From Octopus sinensis (taxonomy: Eukaryota): a stretch of 64,000 nucleotides of DNA. The notes beneath the pieces were generated by a model, which saw only the letters and a list, made by a program, of their open reading frames with translations, was not told where the DNA came from and did not search any database. A program made the translations under genes and the position numbers. Shown here one piece after another: positions 1 through 12,669 of this stretch. Where the stretch lies: the NCBI RefSeq assembly GCF_006345805.1, contig NW_021833229.1, forward strand, positions 16,846 through 80,845, given 5' to 3'. How positions within the stretch are numbered: position 1 is the stretch's first letter; each line of letters starts with the position of its first letter.

Positions 1-278
1 TATATATACACACACACATACATACATTATATATATATGTATGTGTGTGTAATATATATATATATGCATACATACATACATACATACATACACAACACAC
101 ATATGCATATATGGTTTATTAAAACTGAATTTTTATCACATGATTTGAGTTTTAACCCACCTTCATCTTCAGGCAAGAAGGCCTCAGTCAGTAGTGTGAA
201 ACTCAAATTGCAAGTTAAAATTTAAGTGTCAATGAACCACATACTCTACAACATATATTTAGCCCAATTCAATGTTTG

Positions 279-323
<45 letters not shown>

Positions 324-324
324 T

Positions 325-370
<46 letters not shown>

Positions 371-505
371 ATATATATGTGTGTATGTATATATATGTGT
401 GTATGTATATATTGTGTGTATAATATATATGTGTATGTATATATATAATATGTGTGTATATATATGTATATGTATGTATGTATATATATATATATATATA
501 TGTAT

Positions 506-558
<53 letters not shown>

Positions 559-590
559 AGTGTATGTATTATATTTATGTTTGTGTGTAT
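1..590. repeat. (TA)n/(TATG)n/(CA)n compound microsatellite
   Basis: Directly visible di- and tetranucleotide runs; the overlapping Y/I/C/V/M/H/T ORFs are translations of them. Confidence 0.95.
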
Positions 591-964
591 GTACAGAGCA
601 GGGAAGAGAATTTAGAAAAATAAAAAAAAAAAGCTGCTCCTCCCAAACAACTAAATTTTACAAATGTACCCGAAAATATGTGACAAAATTACTTCATAAA
701 TGATTAATGGAAAAACAAAAACCATATGAAAAAGAAAGTGAAAGTAAAAAAAAAAAAAACAAACAAGTGGGATTAAATATATCTTTTATCCAATTGGAAA
801 TATGTTTTTGGCTGCACTGTATATTTTTCATCACAAATTTGACTGACTGAATAAAGGTTTAAAGAATATGAGAGAGAAAGAGTGAGAGAGATAAGGGAGA
901 GAGAGGGGGGAGAGAGTGGAAAACAAGAGGAGAAAAATAGTGAGCATAATAATAATAATAGTAA

Positions 965-1180
965 TGATCTTTTCTACTCTAGGCACAGGGCCTGAAATTT
1001 TGGGGGTGGGGGTGGCTAGTTGATTACATTGATCCCAGTGCTTCACAAGTACTTATTTTATTGACCCTGAAAGGAAGAAAGGCAAAGTCAATGTTCGTGG
1101 AGTTTGAACTCAAGATGTAAGGATGGATGACATGCCACTAAGCATTTTGCCTGGCATGCTAACAATTCTGTTAACTCACC
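965..1180 (-). mobile_element. tRNA-derived SINE (family 1, ~200 bp), diverged copy
   Basis: Reverse complement matches the repeat at 12237, 12460, 17245, 43238 (gagttcaaa B-box-like motif, ttgcctttcatcctttcggggtcgataaa core); flanked by (TAA)n. Confidence 0.8.
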
Positions 1181-1501
1181 ACTTTAATAATAATAATAAT
1201 AATAATAATAATGCCTAACATTGATAATATTAATAAATAGTAATAATAATAATGATAATTAAATAAGCAAAAAAATATCTGAAATATCAAAACTTAATTA
1301 AAAGATAGAAATTTTTCTGTTAATTCATATGATCAAAATTGTGTTAATGATTTTACAAGTTAATGAGCCAAGTTTTTTTTTTTGTAAATGTCCTCAATCA
1401 AAACAATTAAAACAAACAAAATAACTCCATTTACGGTTCTGTACAAAGGTGTTGATTAAATAGTTATAGCATTATGTCTAAGGCCATGATGGAGCAGATT
1501 T

Positions 1502-1567
<66 letters not shown>

Positions 1568-1759
1568 ATATATTATACATGTGTACATACTTGTACATGT
1601 ATATGTGTGTCTGTGCATGCCACATGGAGTATATATGTATACATTTATATGTGTAAATGTGTATGTATTGAGTGCCATAGATATTAGGTAGAGGAAGCAA
1701 AATCACAATATTATTTTTAGTAAAAATGACAAAGATAACCAGATTGAGATTGAATACAT

Positions 1760-2225
1760 AAATAATTTTTTTGATAATAGGCGCCTTAGAAATGATTAAA
1801 ACACAGAACAAATACATAACTAAAATCCCAGGACTTACTGACACATATAACAGATATAAAATAGCCCTACTTGGTATTGTACACATGTAAATATTGCATA
1901 GAGTACTGCAGAATATATATATATATAAATTGACAGAATGAGATTAAAAAAAAAACCAAGGCAGTAAATAGACTTCATAACATTTATCAAGGAAAGGTCT
2001 TACAGCTGTTTCCAGGATATTTTATATATATCCCTTCATCAGAATCGGTGTGAGACAATGTTTGATATATTCTTAGGTAGTATATGTAATATTTATTCAT
2101 ATACAGAAACTTTAACAACTAGGTACACATATTGTATCATTACCTTCAGTAGAAAACGAAATACTGGTTATACCCAAGGTACATGGAATTACATTCAACG
2201 CAGTGGGAGTGTGCAATTAAAAACT
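1760..2225 (+). mobile_element. Old 3' fragments of R4/Dong-like LINE
   Basis: ataggcgccttagaaatgat...atagccctacttggtattgtacacat and atacccaaggtaca resemble the 3' end at 32622-32885. Confidence 0.5.
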
Positions 2226-2494
2226 GCTGAACAACAACAACTACAACAATTTCTAGAGTAGGCATAAGACCATAAATTGTTGGGAGGTGTTAATTGGGCC
2301 CCAGTTTTTTTTTATTGGTACTTGTATTTTATCAACTGTCAATTCTCCAGAGGAATGAATAGCATTTGAACTCAGAATCTTTATTCCAGGGCCTTATATT
2401 TGGTGGTCAGCTGATTCTGTCTATCCATACAATGATAATAATAATATAATTATAATGATAATAATCTGTGACTACAATTTTTTATGTGTCTTAC

Positions 2495-2623
2495 CCTTTT
2501 CTGTAAGATGGTAGGAAGATATGGCTCTTAATTCTAGAAGTTTCATCAACTGCATAGAAACTCCCTCTCATTGACTTCATTTGTAGTTTACTTCTGTTGT
2601 AATATTCTCAGAATATTAAGGGT
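2495..2623 (-). other. Candidate exon of an unidentified gene or lncRNA
   Basis: Minus-strand acceptor gtttccattgcag| and donor AAAGG|gtaag, plus an alternative acceptor tttctatgcag|. No recognisable protein. Confidence 0.3.
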
Positions 2624-5228
2624 CTGCAATGGAAACTTCAAAAACTGCAATGATTTTGCGAGACACTGATGATTTTTTTTTAATTAAAGAGGGAAGTGGT
2701 TTTAAATGAATGGCTGAACGTGATGTAAGGAGTCAACTGGAGTGTAGAAAAGGAATTAGCCCAAAACGCCTAAGGAGTTATCCATTTCCTTCTACTTAAT
2801 CATCAAACAATTTTTCTCATGAATAGTTGGATAAAAAAATAAACAGCAACATCATCAACTAATTCAATAGGTCATCAGTATATCTGACAGCTGAAAGTAT
2901 ATATTTAATGCCTTCAATACCAATCTACTTGAGATTGCTTCCGGTCTCATTCTGCTATCCAACCTTACATCATCTTAGGTTCCCTGTTACAAATACACCA
3001 AAACTGCTGATATTGAAATTAAATTCCAACCCAAAGCATATGAAAACTTGAAATTTCAATAAGTAAAAGTTTCATAATAGTTTTTTTTTTTTTTTTACAT
3101 GAAAACCTTTTGTTAAGCTGTGTTTCAAAATACCAACTTAATATACCAGAATATTAGATTACAGTTAGTTATCTAAACTTTATCCCAAAATAATTGAATC
3201 ATATAGGCAGTGTATTGTTGTTTGGAATAGGGTCATTAAAATGCTAAAACATTTATATATCTAAAATATATTTAGTCTTGATGTAGTGTAAATGTTAAGT
3301 GGAAATTTCACTATCGCTCATGTGACCTGTCAAAACTTAAGATTTATGTACCAAAATTTTATTCTATAGCAAGATTAAGGATGTTTTCTGTATAAAAAAA
3401 TATGTTTTTAATATATATTTGTTTTCATATACTGAAGCAATTTCTTGCAAATCTAATTAAGATGATAAATACAATGTTTATATTATTAAAAATATCTGAA
3501 TTGTTCAAATTTTAACCATTTGAAACTTCTCCTTTTTTTGAAAAGAATGGTGGAATTCTGAAATAAATATCATAAAATTTAATCCTTTTCTACTTACTCA
3601 GCTCAATTTTGGAGGGTCAACTGAGTGAGCTTTTCTCAATCCTGGATCTGATTTTAAAAAAATAGGATAAGTCATGTATTAATGTCAATTCAGTTGACTA
3701 CCCCTTTCCCCACTGCTGCCATTTCCCTTCTTATAAACACATCACATTTGTACCAATGATAGAAATTATTATTTAGATTCATTGCGCTATGTTCTGGGTT
3801 CAAATTCTACAACTAGTATGTTTGCCATTAATGCCTCCCCACCAATAAAATCAATAAATTGTCAATATCAATCTTGTATCAATGTTCAACAATCAATATT
3901 TTACTTTTTTTTTTTTACAAACAATTCATTTGTCCAGTTGATGTTAAATTTCCATTTATTTTCATAATCTCCTCATTCTGCATCTCAGAAATGGTAGGGT
4001 GGCTGGAATTTCAAATATAATTCTTCCAATATTTACCAGGTTTCTTCTTGAATTAATTAGATTGTCTTTGTCTTGCCGGTCTTGTAATTAGTAATTAGAT
4101 CCTCTTTAAATTAATCTTGGTATGAACTTTTATTGTCTCATTAATTTCACTCTCTCCTCTCCCACCTTGCTCCCCTTCTCTCTCTCACTCTTTGTTTATA
4201 TAAGCATATTGCCTTGAGGTTTGATGGATGATCAACAAGTCCCGAAAGGGGTCAACAGACCCTAGAGGTTCCTGGCCCTTGATTGATAAGACTATACAAA
4301 ACAAAAGACATTCAAATTATTTATTTCTAGTCAAAAAAATTTTTCATATTTTTTGTTCTATTTTTGTTTTGTTTTTCATTTTCTAATTCTTTTTTTTTCC
4401 AATTTTTCCACTAAATATACATTTATAATAAATGACCCATTTAAAGGATTTTTTATTCATTTTATTTTTGTTTTGTCTTATATTTTGTTTTTAATGAACA
4501 TATTCCTCCAATATGACAGGAAACTAATACATTTTAAAATGAAAATAATTTTTTTAAATCTGTGTTGTAGTATAGACCTAGATCATTCTTATCTTCATCT
4601 TAATCTTCACCACCACCATCATAGTAGCTTCCAGTACCATCAATATTATAATCACCATCAATACTACAACAACCACCACCATAAACTCAATCACTGCTTC
4701 TGCTAACAAGACAAAAACTAACATCAATGTAACAAGTGCCATCACTGTCACCACTACCATAAGCAAATGGGTTAGCTGCAATGTGGTTGTTTAACCTGCT
4801 TGAAATAGCAGCCAAACTTCTCTCAAATCTCACATTATTGTCTTATAAACAAGACACTGTAGATCACACAACACCTGATTGGGAAAAAAAAACTTTAATA
4901 ATAGCAGGTCTGGTAAATTAGAGCTAAACAACAGAACTACCACTATCACTGATGTTGATTTTTGATTAGGTAAACTAATATTACTAGCTTACTGGATAAC
5001 AGTATACATACATATACTTTACATAATCATGGTTGGGAAGCAAGATTTTTAACCACACAGCCACGTGTGTACCTCATATATATATATATAAAGACATTTG
5101 AGTAGGTGCAATACAGTGGGTTGAATTCTTGGTCATTATAGCAAAGCAAACTTAACTATTCAACCAGTAGTATCCCTTTCTGTCTTACTCTGTGTGAGTG
5201 TATACATACACATAGATAAATAGTGTGA

Positions 5229-5261
<33 letters not shown>

Positions 5262-7389
5262 AAATACAAAATGGGACAAGAATGCAAAACATCCATACAG
5301 GTGATACAAAAAGGGACAACAAAACATCCAGATAGATGATACAAAGAAAACAAGGACGGGTCATTCGAAGCCCTCTATCCTGAGTCAAGCACCAGATTAT
5401 CCTCGCAATTTTGGCTGATTATTCTTGAGATTGCTCCAATCTAGCCAGCCCCAAGAAAAACTAAGCTAAGAGCATTATATATATATAGATATAGATATGT
5501 GTGTGTGCATGCGTATATATATATATATATATATACAGTAAATAAAGCAATTTAAAATTGCACCTCTTCACTCTATGTTATTTCTATACATATATGTAAA
5601 TATAGATTTAGATATACTGACAGATAGATAGAGTTAACATATATTAGCAATATTCACTGGTATTTAACTTTTTTTTTCTTTACACTTCAAAATTATCATT
5701 TCCAGTGGTAAACCAATGACACAAATTGGAAAATTTTTTGAGCTTTAGTTACCTACACTTTCATCTCAGTACTAACAATTTTAAGGTTTGACTTATGCAT
5801 ATACGTAAGTGTGTGTGTATGTATGTATATACCTATTGTTTGATACTGAACAGTGCTAAATACAAATCAAAAGTACTAAATATGAACATAGAATTCAGTA
5901 GTTTGTTTAAGTCAGTCTAGTGTCTAAACTCTGGAGTTTCCACTGTATACAACCACTTTTTCAAGTAAGTCAAAGTGGGCTATTTTGGCTTGTTTGAACA
6001 CTATGAAAACTCTTGTGTAATAGGCAACTTAATTGGTACAAAACTAACGTGTGTTTGTGTGTGCATGTGTATTGATTGAAAAGGAACTGTTTTAGATGAT
6101 GGTTTGGTTGGTACAGTATATCAGTAAACAATTAGAATTTTTGTGACCATGTGTTAGCTTGAATGAAATGTCATTATTGTTAGAGATATTAGTGTTAAAT
6201 AATTCAGTTTAGAGAGTTTATAGGAAGTAAATAGTTGTGAAAAGTTGGGTGTAGAAAAGTAAGTGATTTTAATGGTATTTCAAATTATGTTGTGATGTAA
6301 AATGTTTCTCAACTAGGCTTAAGAAAGTTTTTGCAATGGGTGTAGCTAATGTTTGGTGAAAGACTTTCCAAACCCACTCTGGAGAATCGACTCTTCACCA
6401 CCCAGCGCAACATCTGGAATTTGAAGACTAGAAATACAACATACATTGAGACATTTTAAGTAGTACAGAAATAATAGACCCTGTAAAGATAGACTTTATT
6501 AATATCTTCACTCTCCACAAACATTTTGAAAGAATTTCATCCTGCATATGCAGAATGCAAATTTCAGACAATAAAAGACTTTAACATACATGTGTAGGTA
6601 TTATATATATATATATTGTAATTAACCTGCCTGATATAGTTCCATGTATCCCATTCTACACCAAATATACAATCATATGATCAAAATATATTCCACTGCA
6701 ACTTTAATTTAATTGGTATGGCACCACACTAGGTAGGCTAAGAGATAAGCGTAAGTTACAAATTGATGCAAAGGCCATTTTACTTTATTTTTATTTTACT
6801 TTATTACATTTGTTTTTTTTTTCATTTATTGAGCTGCTTAACTGTTTGAAAGATAGACATTATTCACATGACCATCTAATTTGTTCTTGAACAATTCAGA
6901 GATGATTATATTTATCATTATTTGCCAGTGTTTAGAAAAAGGAGTCCTAATTTGAAATCAGTTTCATAGGAGATTGCATGAAACTCTCAGGACTTAGGTT
7001 TGTAACATCTTCCAATTTACATGTGTGTGTGTGCGTACATCTGCGTGTGTGTGTATATATGAGGATAGAATTTCATAAATTAAGTACCTGTAGTGTTTAG
7101 GTCAATAGTTCATTTGAATACATTAACCCCTAGAAAAAATCTTTTTATATAGTGTACACATGTGTATATATATATGTGCGTGTGTGTATATATGTGTATA
7201 TATATGTGTGTTTGTTTATGTATAGATATATATATATATATGTATGTAATATACTCCATATAAGATTAGTGTATATTTAAACACAAGAGAGATGGCCTTA
7301 TATGGAGAATATGTTTTCTATTGACTTTTTATACAGGCTAGGCCATTGGTAGTAAAATTTCTAAAAAACTTGCTATCCTATATATTTTA

Positions 7390-7400
7390 CATATATGTGT

Positions 7401-7434
<34 letters not shown>

Positions 7435-7599
7435 GTATATGTATGTATTTATATATGTATGTATATGTATGTATTTATATATGTATGTATGTAATATGTA
7501 TGTATATATATGTATATATATGTATGTATGTATATATATTGTATATATATATGTATGTATGTATATATATGTATATATATGTATGTATGTATATATATG

Positions 7600-7630
<31 letters not shown>

Positions 7631-8820
7631 ATATATATGTATATATATATATATGCATACGTATTTATTTATTTATCACCCGACAAGATACATATGCACC
7701 ACCAGATACTCCTGAACCAGTTTTTTTATGTGTCCCACAGGAGGAGTCGATGCTAGATGTGTCGAAACAATTGTAGTGATTAATAATATATTCTTGTATA
7801 TTCCATCTTCTGTCTTTCATTTGTCATTTCTATATATGTATATATATATAAGTATATATGTATGTATATATATATGTGTGTGTGTGTATGTATATATATA
7901 TATGTGTGTTTGTGTATATATATATATATGTATGTATGTATGTATGTATATATGTATATATATATGTATATATGTATGTATATATATATGTATATATGTA
8001 TGTATATATATATGTATATATGTATGTATATATATATGTATATATATATGTATATGTATGTATATATATATGTATGTATATATATATGTATGTATATATA
8101 TGTATATATATATATGTATGTATATATATGTATATATATATATGTATGTATATATGTATGTATATACATATGTATGCATATATATATGTATGTATATACA
8201 TATGTATGCATATATATATGTATGTATATGTATGTATGCATATATATATGTATGTATATGTATGTATGTATATGTATATGTGTGTATATATATATGTGTG
8301 TGTGTGTATATATATATGTGTATATATATGTGTGTATATATATATATGTGTGTGTATATATATATGTGTATATATATGTGTGTATATATATATATGTGTA
8401 TATATATGTGTGTATATATATATATATGTGTATATATATATGTGTGTGTATATATATATGTGTGTGTATATATATATGTATGTATCTATATATATATATG
8501 TAGGTATATGTGTATGTATATGTCGGTGTATATATATGTAGGTATATGTATATATATGTAGGTATATGTATATATATATATATGTAGGTATATGTATATA
8601 TATATATATATGTAGGTATATGTATATATATATATATATGTAGGTATATGTATATATATATATATATGTAGGTATAATGTATATATAATATATGTAGGTA
8701 TATGTATATATATATATGTAGGTAATGTATATATATATATATATATTATGTAGGTATATGTATATATATATATATATGTAGGTATATGTGTATATATATA
8801 TGTAGGTATATGTATATATA
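7390..8820. repeat. 1.4-kb (TA)n/(TATG)n array, with a gtaggtatatgtata(ta)n higher-order unit at 8490-8820
   Basis: Directly visible. Confidence 0.95.
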
Positions 8821-9340
8821 CATTTGTGTGTGAAAGTGTGTCTGTGCAGCCAAAACAATATTTCATTGTTTGTAACAAAAGAATTTGTATATGTAAAACA
8901 AAATATATAGTACATAACTTGTTCTATCACTATTACTGATAATGGTGGTGGTGGTGGTGGTGGTGGTAGCAATGGTGGTCGTGGCGGTGACTTTAGTAGA
9001 GGTGGTGGTGGTGGTTGTGACAATGATGATGACGACGACGACGATGATGTTGATGATGGTGATGAAAATTTTGATAATAATGATGATAGAGGTAAAGTGA
9101 CGGTGATAATTATGATAATAATGATGATGGTGATGATGATGATGACATTTATACATGCCTCAAAGGTCGTACAGATTCAGTCATTAGAATACACTGCAAC
9201 ACATGCAGATAAATGAACATATAAAATAATGATGATGACAATGGAGGTGGTGAAGTTGGTGGTGCTGATGATAGGAACTGAAAGAAAAAAGAACGACAAT
9301 GGATGTAGAAAAGAATACAACATAAAAAAAAATCACAGTG

Positions 9341-9374
<34 letters not shown>

Positions 9375-10319
9375 GTATGATGCACACACAGATGTGTACA
9401 TACATGCACTTACATATACATACATATTAGCATACATATTTATACATAAAAATATATGCCCGAATTCTGTAAAACTGCCGGCCTCAAAGATCTGTTCTAA
9501 TAATATCTGTGTTCCACCACAGACTAACAATGTGTACAATATTACTTTATTAGTGCCAACGAAGTTTTACCTCTTCTATTCCTTATTTATTTTCATCAAG
9601 TTTTTTTTTTATTATTATTATTATTTTCCTGAAATGATCTCTAAAATTTTCATCAGATCTGGTAAACAACACTTTTTTCTAATATGAGGATAAATCCAAA
9701 TGTGTAACTGAAAAAAAAAAAAAAAAAAAAGAAAAAACAAATTGTTGTTTTTCTTTATTTTTGTTGTTTATTTATATTTTTTGTAATTACTTTATTGTGA
9801 ATGGGGTCAAAGTTGACATGTATCAAAAATAAAATGCTTTTTTTATAAAGAATTACAGGTTACATGTAAACAATTTATAACCACTGCTCCATTAGGTGAC
9901 ATCTTTGAGTATCTGCAGAGTAATAGCTTAGAAAATCTACTATTTCAATCCAAAAGAGAGATTAGCTGATACCCACTCTGAGAATTCAATAAGTATTCAG
10001 AACAGTAAAAATATACGAGATGTTTCTAAAATTCAACATGTATGATAGAAAAGTCTGGACCAGAGTTGCAACACATGACACAACAAAGCTTGTGTGGGAG
10101 CTTTGTCACCTACATTAATGTGTGGCCCCAGACATCTCTGGTAAAAATGTCGAGGGGTTGAAACACCTGAAGAGCTGCTTCACTGCCTGATGAGATGTCG
10201 ACTTCTACATTCAAGATGGAAACAGCAGCACACAAGTGTTTGTTCTAAAATTCTAATGATGGACACTTCATTTCATTGTTAGAAACCTTAAAATGAATTT
10301 AAGGAATTAAAAAAATCAC

Positions 10320-10750
10320 ATAAAATACACCAATCCAACTGTACGACAGGCACCCATGCCAACCCCCTTTGCTTGCGAAGACGTTGGGGCAAGCGAAATC
10401 GAAATCGAATTGAACCAGCCAGGATCCCTGGTCTGGTGGTACGTAAAAAGCACTATCCGACTCGTGGCCGATGCCAGCGCCGCCTCGACTGGCTTCCGTG
10501 CCGGTGGCACATAAAATACACCAATCCGACCGTGGCCATTGCCAGCCTCACCTGGCACCTGTGCAGGTGGCACGTAAAAAGCACCCACTACACTCACGGA
10601 GTGGTTGGCGTTAGGAAGAGCATCCAGCTGTAGAAACATTGCCAGATAAGACTGGAGCCTGGTGCAGCCTTCTGGCTTCCCAGATCCCCGGTCGAACTGT
10701 CTAACCCATGCTAGCATGGAGAACGGACGTTAAACGATGATGATGATGAT
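10320..10750 (-). mobile_element. Non-autonomous retroelement/SINE (family 3, gtttctacagctggatgcccttcctaacgcc core)
   Basis: Reverse complement matches 35445-35697; abuts an (ATG)n run. Confidence 0.75.
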
Positions 10751-11444
10751 GATGACTGATACACACATGTTTATGTAGAAAATGCCAATTCAGTTATCCA
10801 TTTTTGTTTTTTGGCTTATCTCTTTCTGCCAAACCATAGGAATTTGGAAGAAAGCAGTGACTGTGCTAAGAGAGTTGGAAAAGAAATTTGAGGTAGAAAA
10901 AAACAGACAGATGGATAGATAGGCAGGTAGGCAAATAGATAGATAGATGGAAGGTTGACAAAGTGAAAGGGAAAGAGAGAGCAGCAGCTAGCATGGGAAA
11001 AAGCACTCAAGCAAGCAGAAAGTGAAATATGATTTTGATTTTGATTTTTCCAGTTTCAGCTAATGAGCTGTGGCCATGCTGGGGCACCGCCATATAAGGA
11101 AGTTATGAAGAAAAGTGAAAGTAAAAGATAGCATGAATAAGAAAGGAACAGTGTAAAGAAGAAAGACTGAACTCTGGATTACAGCGTGTAAACTAGAATA
11201 CAATTAAAAGAGGTGCACTAATCAAAGTAAGAATTGTAGAGGGTGGAACAAACGACAGTGATAGAGTTAGAGAAATTCACCTTCAATTAAATTTTGTGTG
11301 TGTGTATGATAAGTTATTTTAAAACAATAACTGCTAAGCGTTTAATAATTATGTTCATACTCTAAGTTACAAATAGTGTGAAGATTAAATTTTCTTCTAT
11401 TGGCTACTTCTCCTCCTCCTTTATCTTCTTCTTCTTATTATTAT

Positions 11445-11880
11445 TGAGTGAGAGAGCAGCACATGCTGTCAAAGTATTACTAGGGCACAAACTGAAGCCT
11501 AATATACCCATCATGACCACACGTTTGATAAGGATACACCAAGCACATGTATCATAACCATATGTATGCAACATGGTGATCTCATATCAAGATAAACAGT
11601 GTATGACCTTGCAGGTAGGGCCCAATTAGAATTTTCTTCGGGTCAAGTATTCCAGCCTACTTAAAAGGACCCTATTTTTCATGTCTCCAGGGGTGAATTA
11701 TTCAAACCTCAAAGAATCTCCCTCAACACATGGCTATGATGCTCCCTCACTACTGCTTGCAACTAGTGTTGCACATATCATCAGCCATGAAGGAATATGC
11801 TCAGTTGGTTTTGTTCAAGCAATTCTGCAATATTGAGCAGAAAATTTGTTATAGCCAATCTTTCACACCAAGACAAGACA
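11445..11880 (+). mobile_element. Interspersed repeat (family 4)
   Basis: gagtgagagagcag...gatctcatatcaagataaacag...gcccaattagaattttcttc is shared with 17480-17725. Confidence 0.7.
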
Positions 11881-11882
11881 TG

Positions 11883-12102
11883 TACAAGAGGGTTCCAAAA
11901 AATTTCTGGCTTTGAGTAAAAGAAAATATATGAGGATCAATTAATTATGATTTTACTCAACATATCCCCCTCTCAGATTAACACACTTAGTGCAGTGGTC
12001 CTTCAGTTTCTTAAGACCCTGTAAAAGAACTTGGAAGCTGGGTCTGCAACAAGGCCTTTCATGATAACCTTAAAGCCAGGAATTTTTCAGCACATCCTCA
12101 TA
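11883..12102. mobile_element. Non-autonomous Tc1/mariner MITE
   Basis: Imperfect TIRs tacaagagggttccaaaaaatttctggcttt / aaagccaggaatttttcagcacatcctcata with TA at both ends. Confidence 0.65.
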
Positions 12103-12236
12103 CATGTTAACATTTCCAATCAGTTAAGATCACGAGCCATGAGAACCACTGCCTGGTATTGTGTAAGGACATTTATTATTATCATCATCATTATCTTTAT
12201 TATTATTATTATTATTAATATTAATAATAATAATAA

Positions 12237-12424
12237 AGTGGCGATGGCTGATTCCTTAGCATACTGGGGAAAATGTTTAGCAGCATCTCACTACTATTAT
12301 GTTCTGAGTTTTCAAATTCTGCTGAGGGTTGATAAATATGTACCAATTGAGCACTGAAGTCAATGTAATCAACTTACAACTGCCCTCAGAATTGGTGGCC
12401 TTGTACCAAAATTTGAAATCATTA

Positions 12425-12457
<33 letters not shown>

Positions 12458-12660
12458 AAGGCAGCAAGATGGCGCTGGATGAAATGCTTAGTGGTATTTC
12501 GTCCATCACTACATTCTGAGTTCTAATTCCGTTGAGGTCGACTTTGCCTTTCACTCTTTTGGGGTCGATAAAATAAGTACAATTTGAGCATTGAGATCGG
12601 TGTAATCGACTAAACCCCTCTCCCGAAATTGCTGGCCTTATGCCTATAGTAGAAAGGATT
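12237..12660 (+). mobile_element. Two tandem family-1 SINE copies separated by (ATT)n
   Basis: Both contain ctgagtt(c/t)taaatt.cgttgaggtcgactttgcctttca and end in (ATT)n. Confidence 0.8.
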
Positions 12661-12669
12661 ATTATTATC

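Noticed and set aside
2495-2623. Selenoprotein exon
   Set aside because: The context around the TGA matches no selenoprotein family I know, and I identified no SECIS.
5330-5480. Repeat with a GAAUGACCCGUC motif suggestive of a hammerhead
   Set aside because: No CUGANGA core, and stem I does not pair.
10165-10240. CTGAAGA/CTGATGA followed by GGAAACAGCAG
   Set aside because: Stem II does not abut GAAA and there is no NUH triplet; at best heavily decayed.
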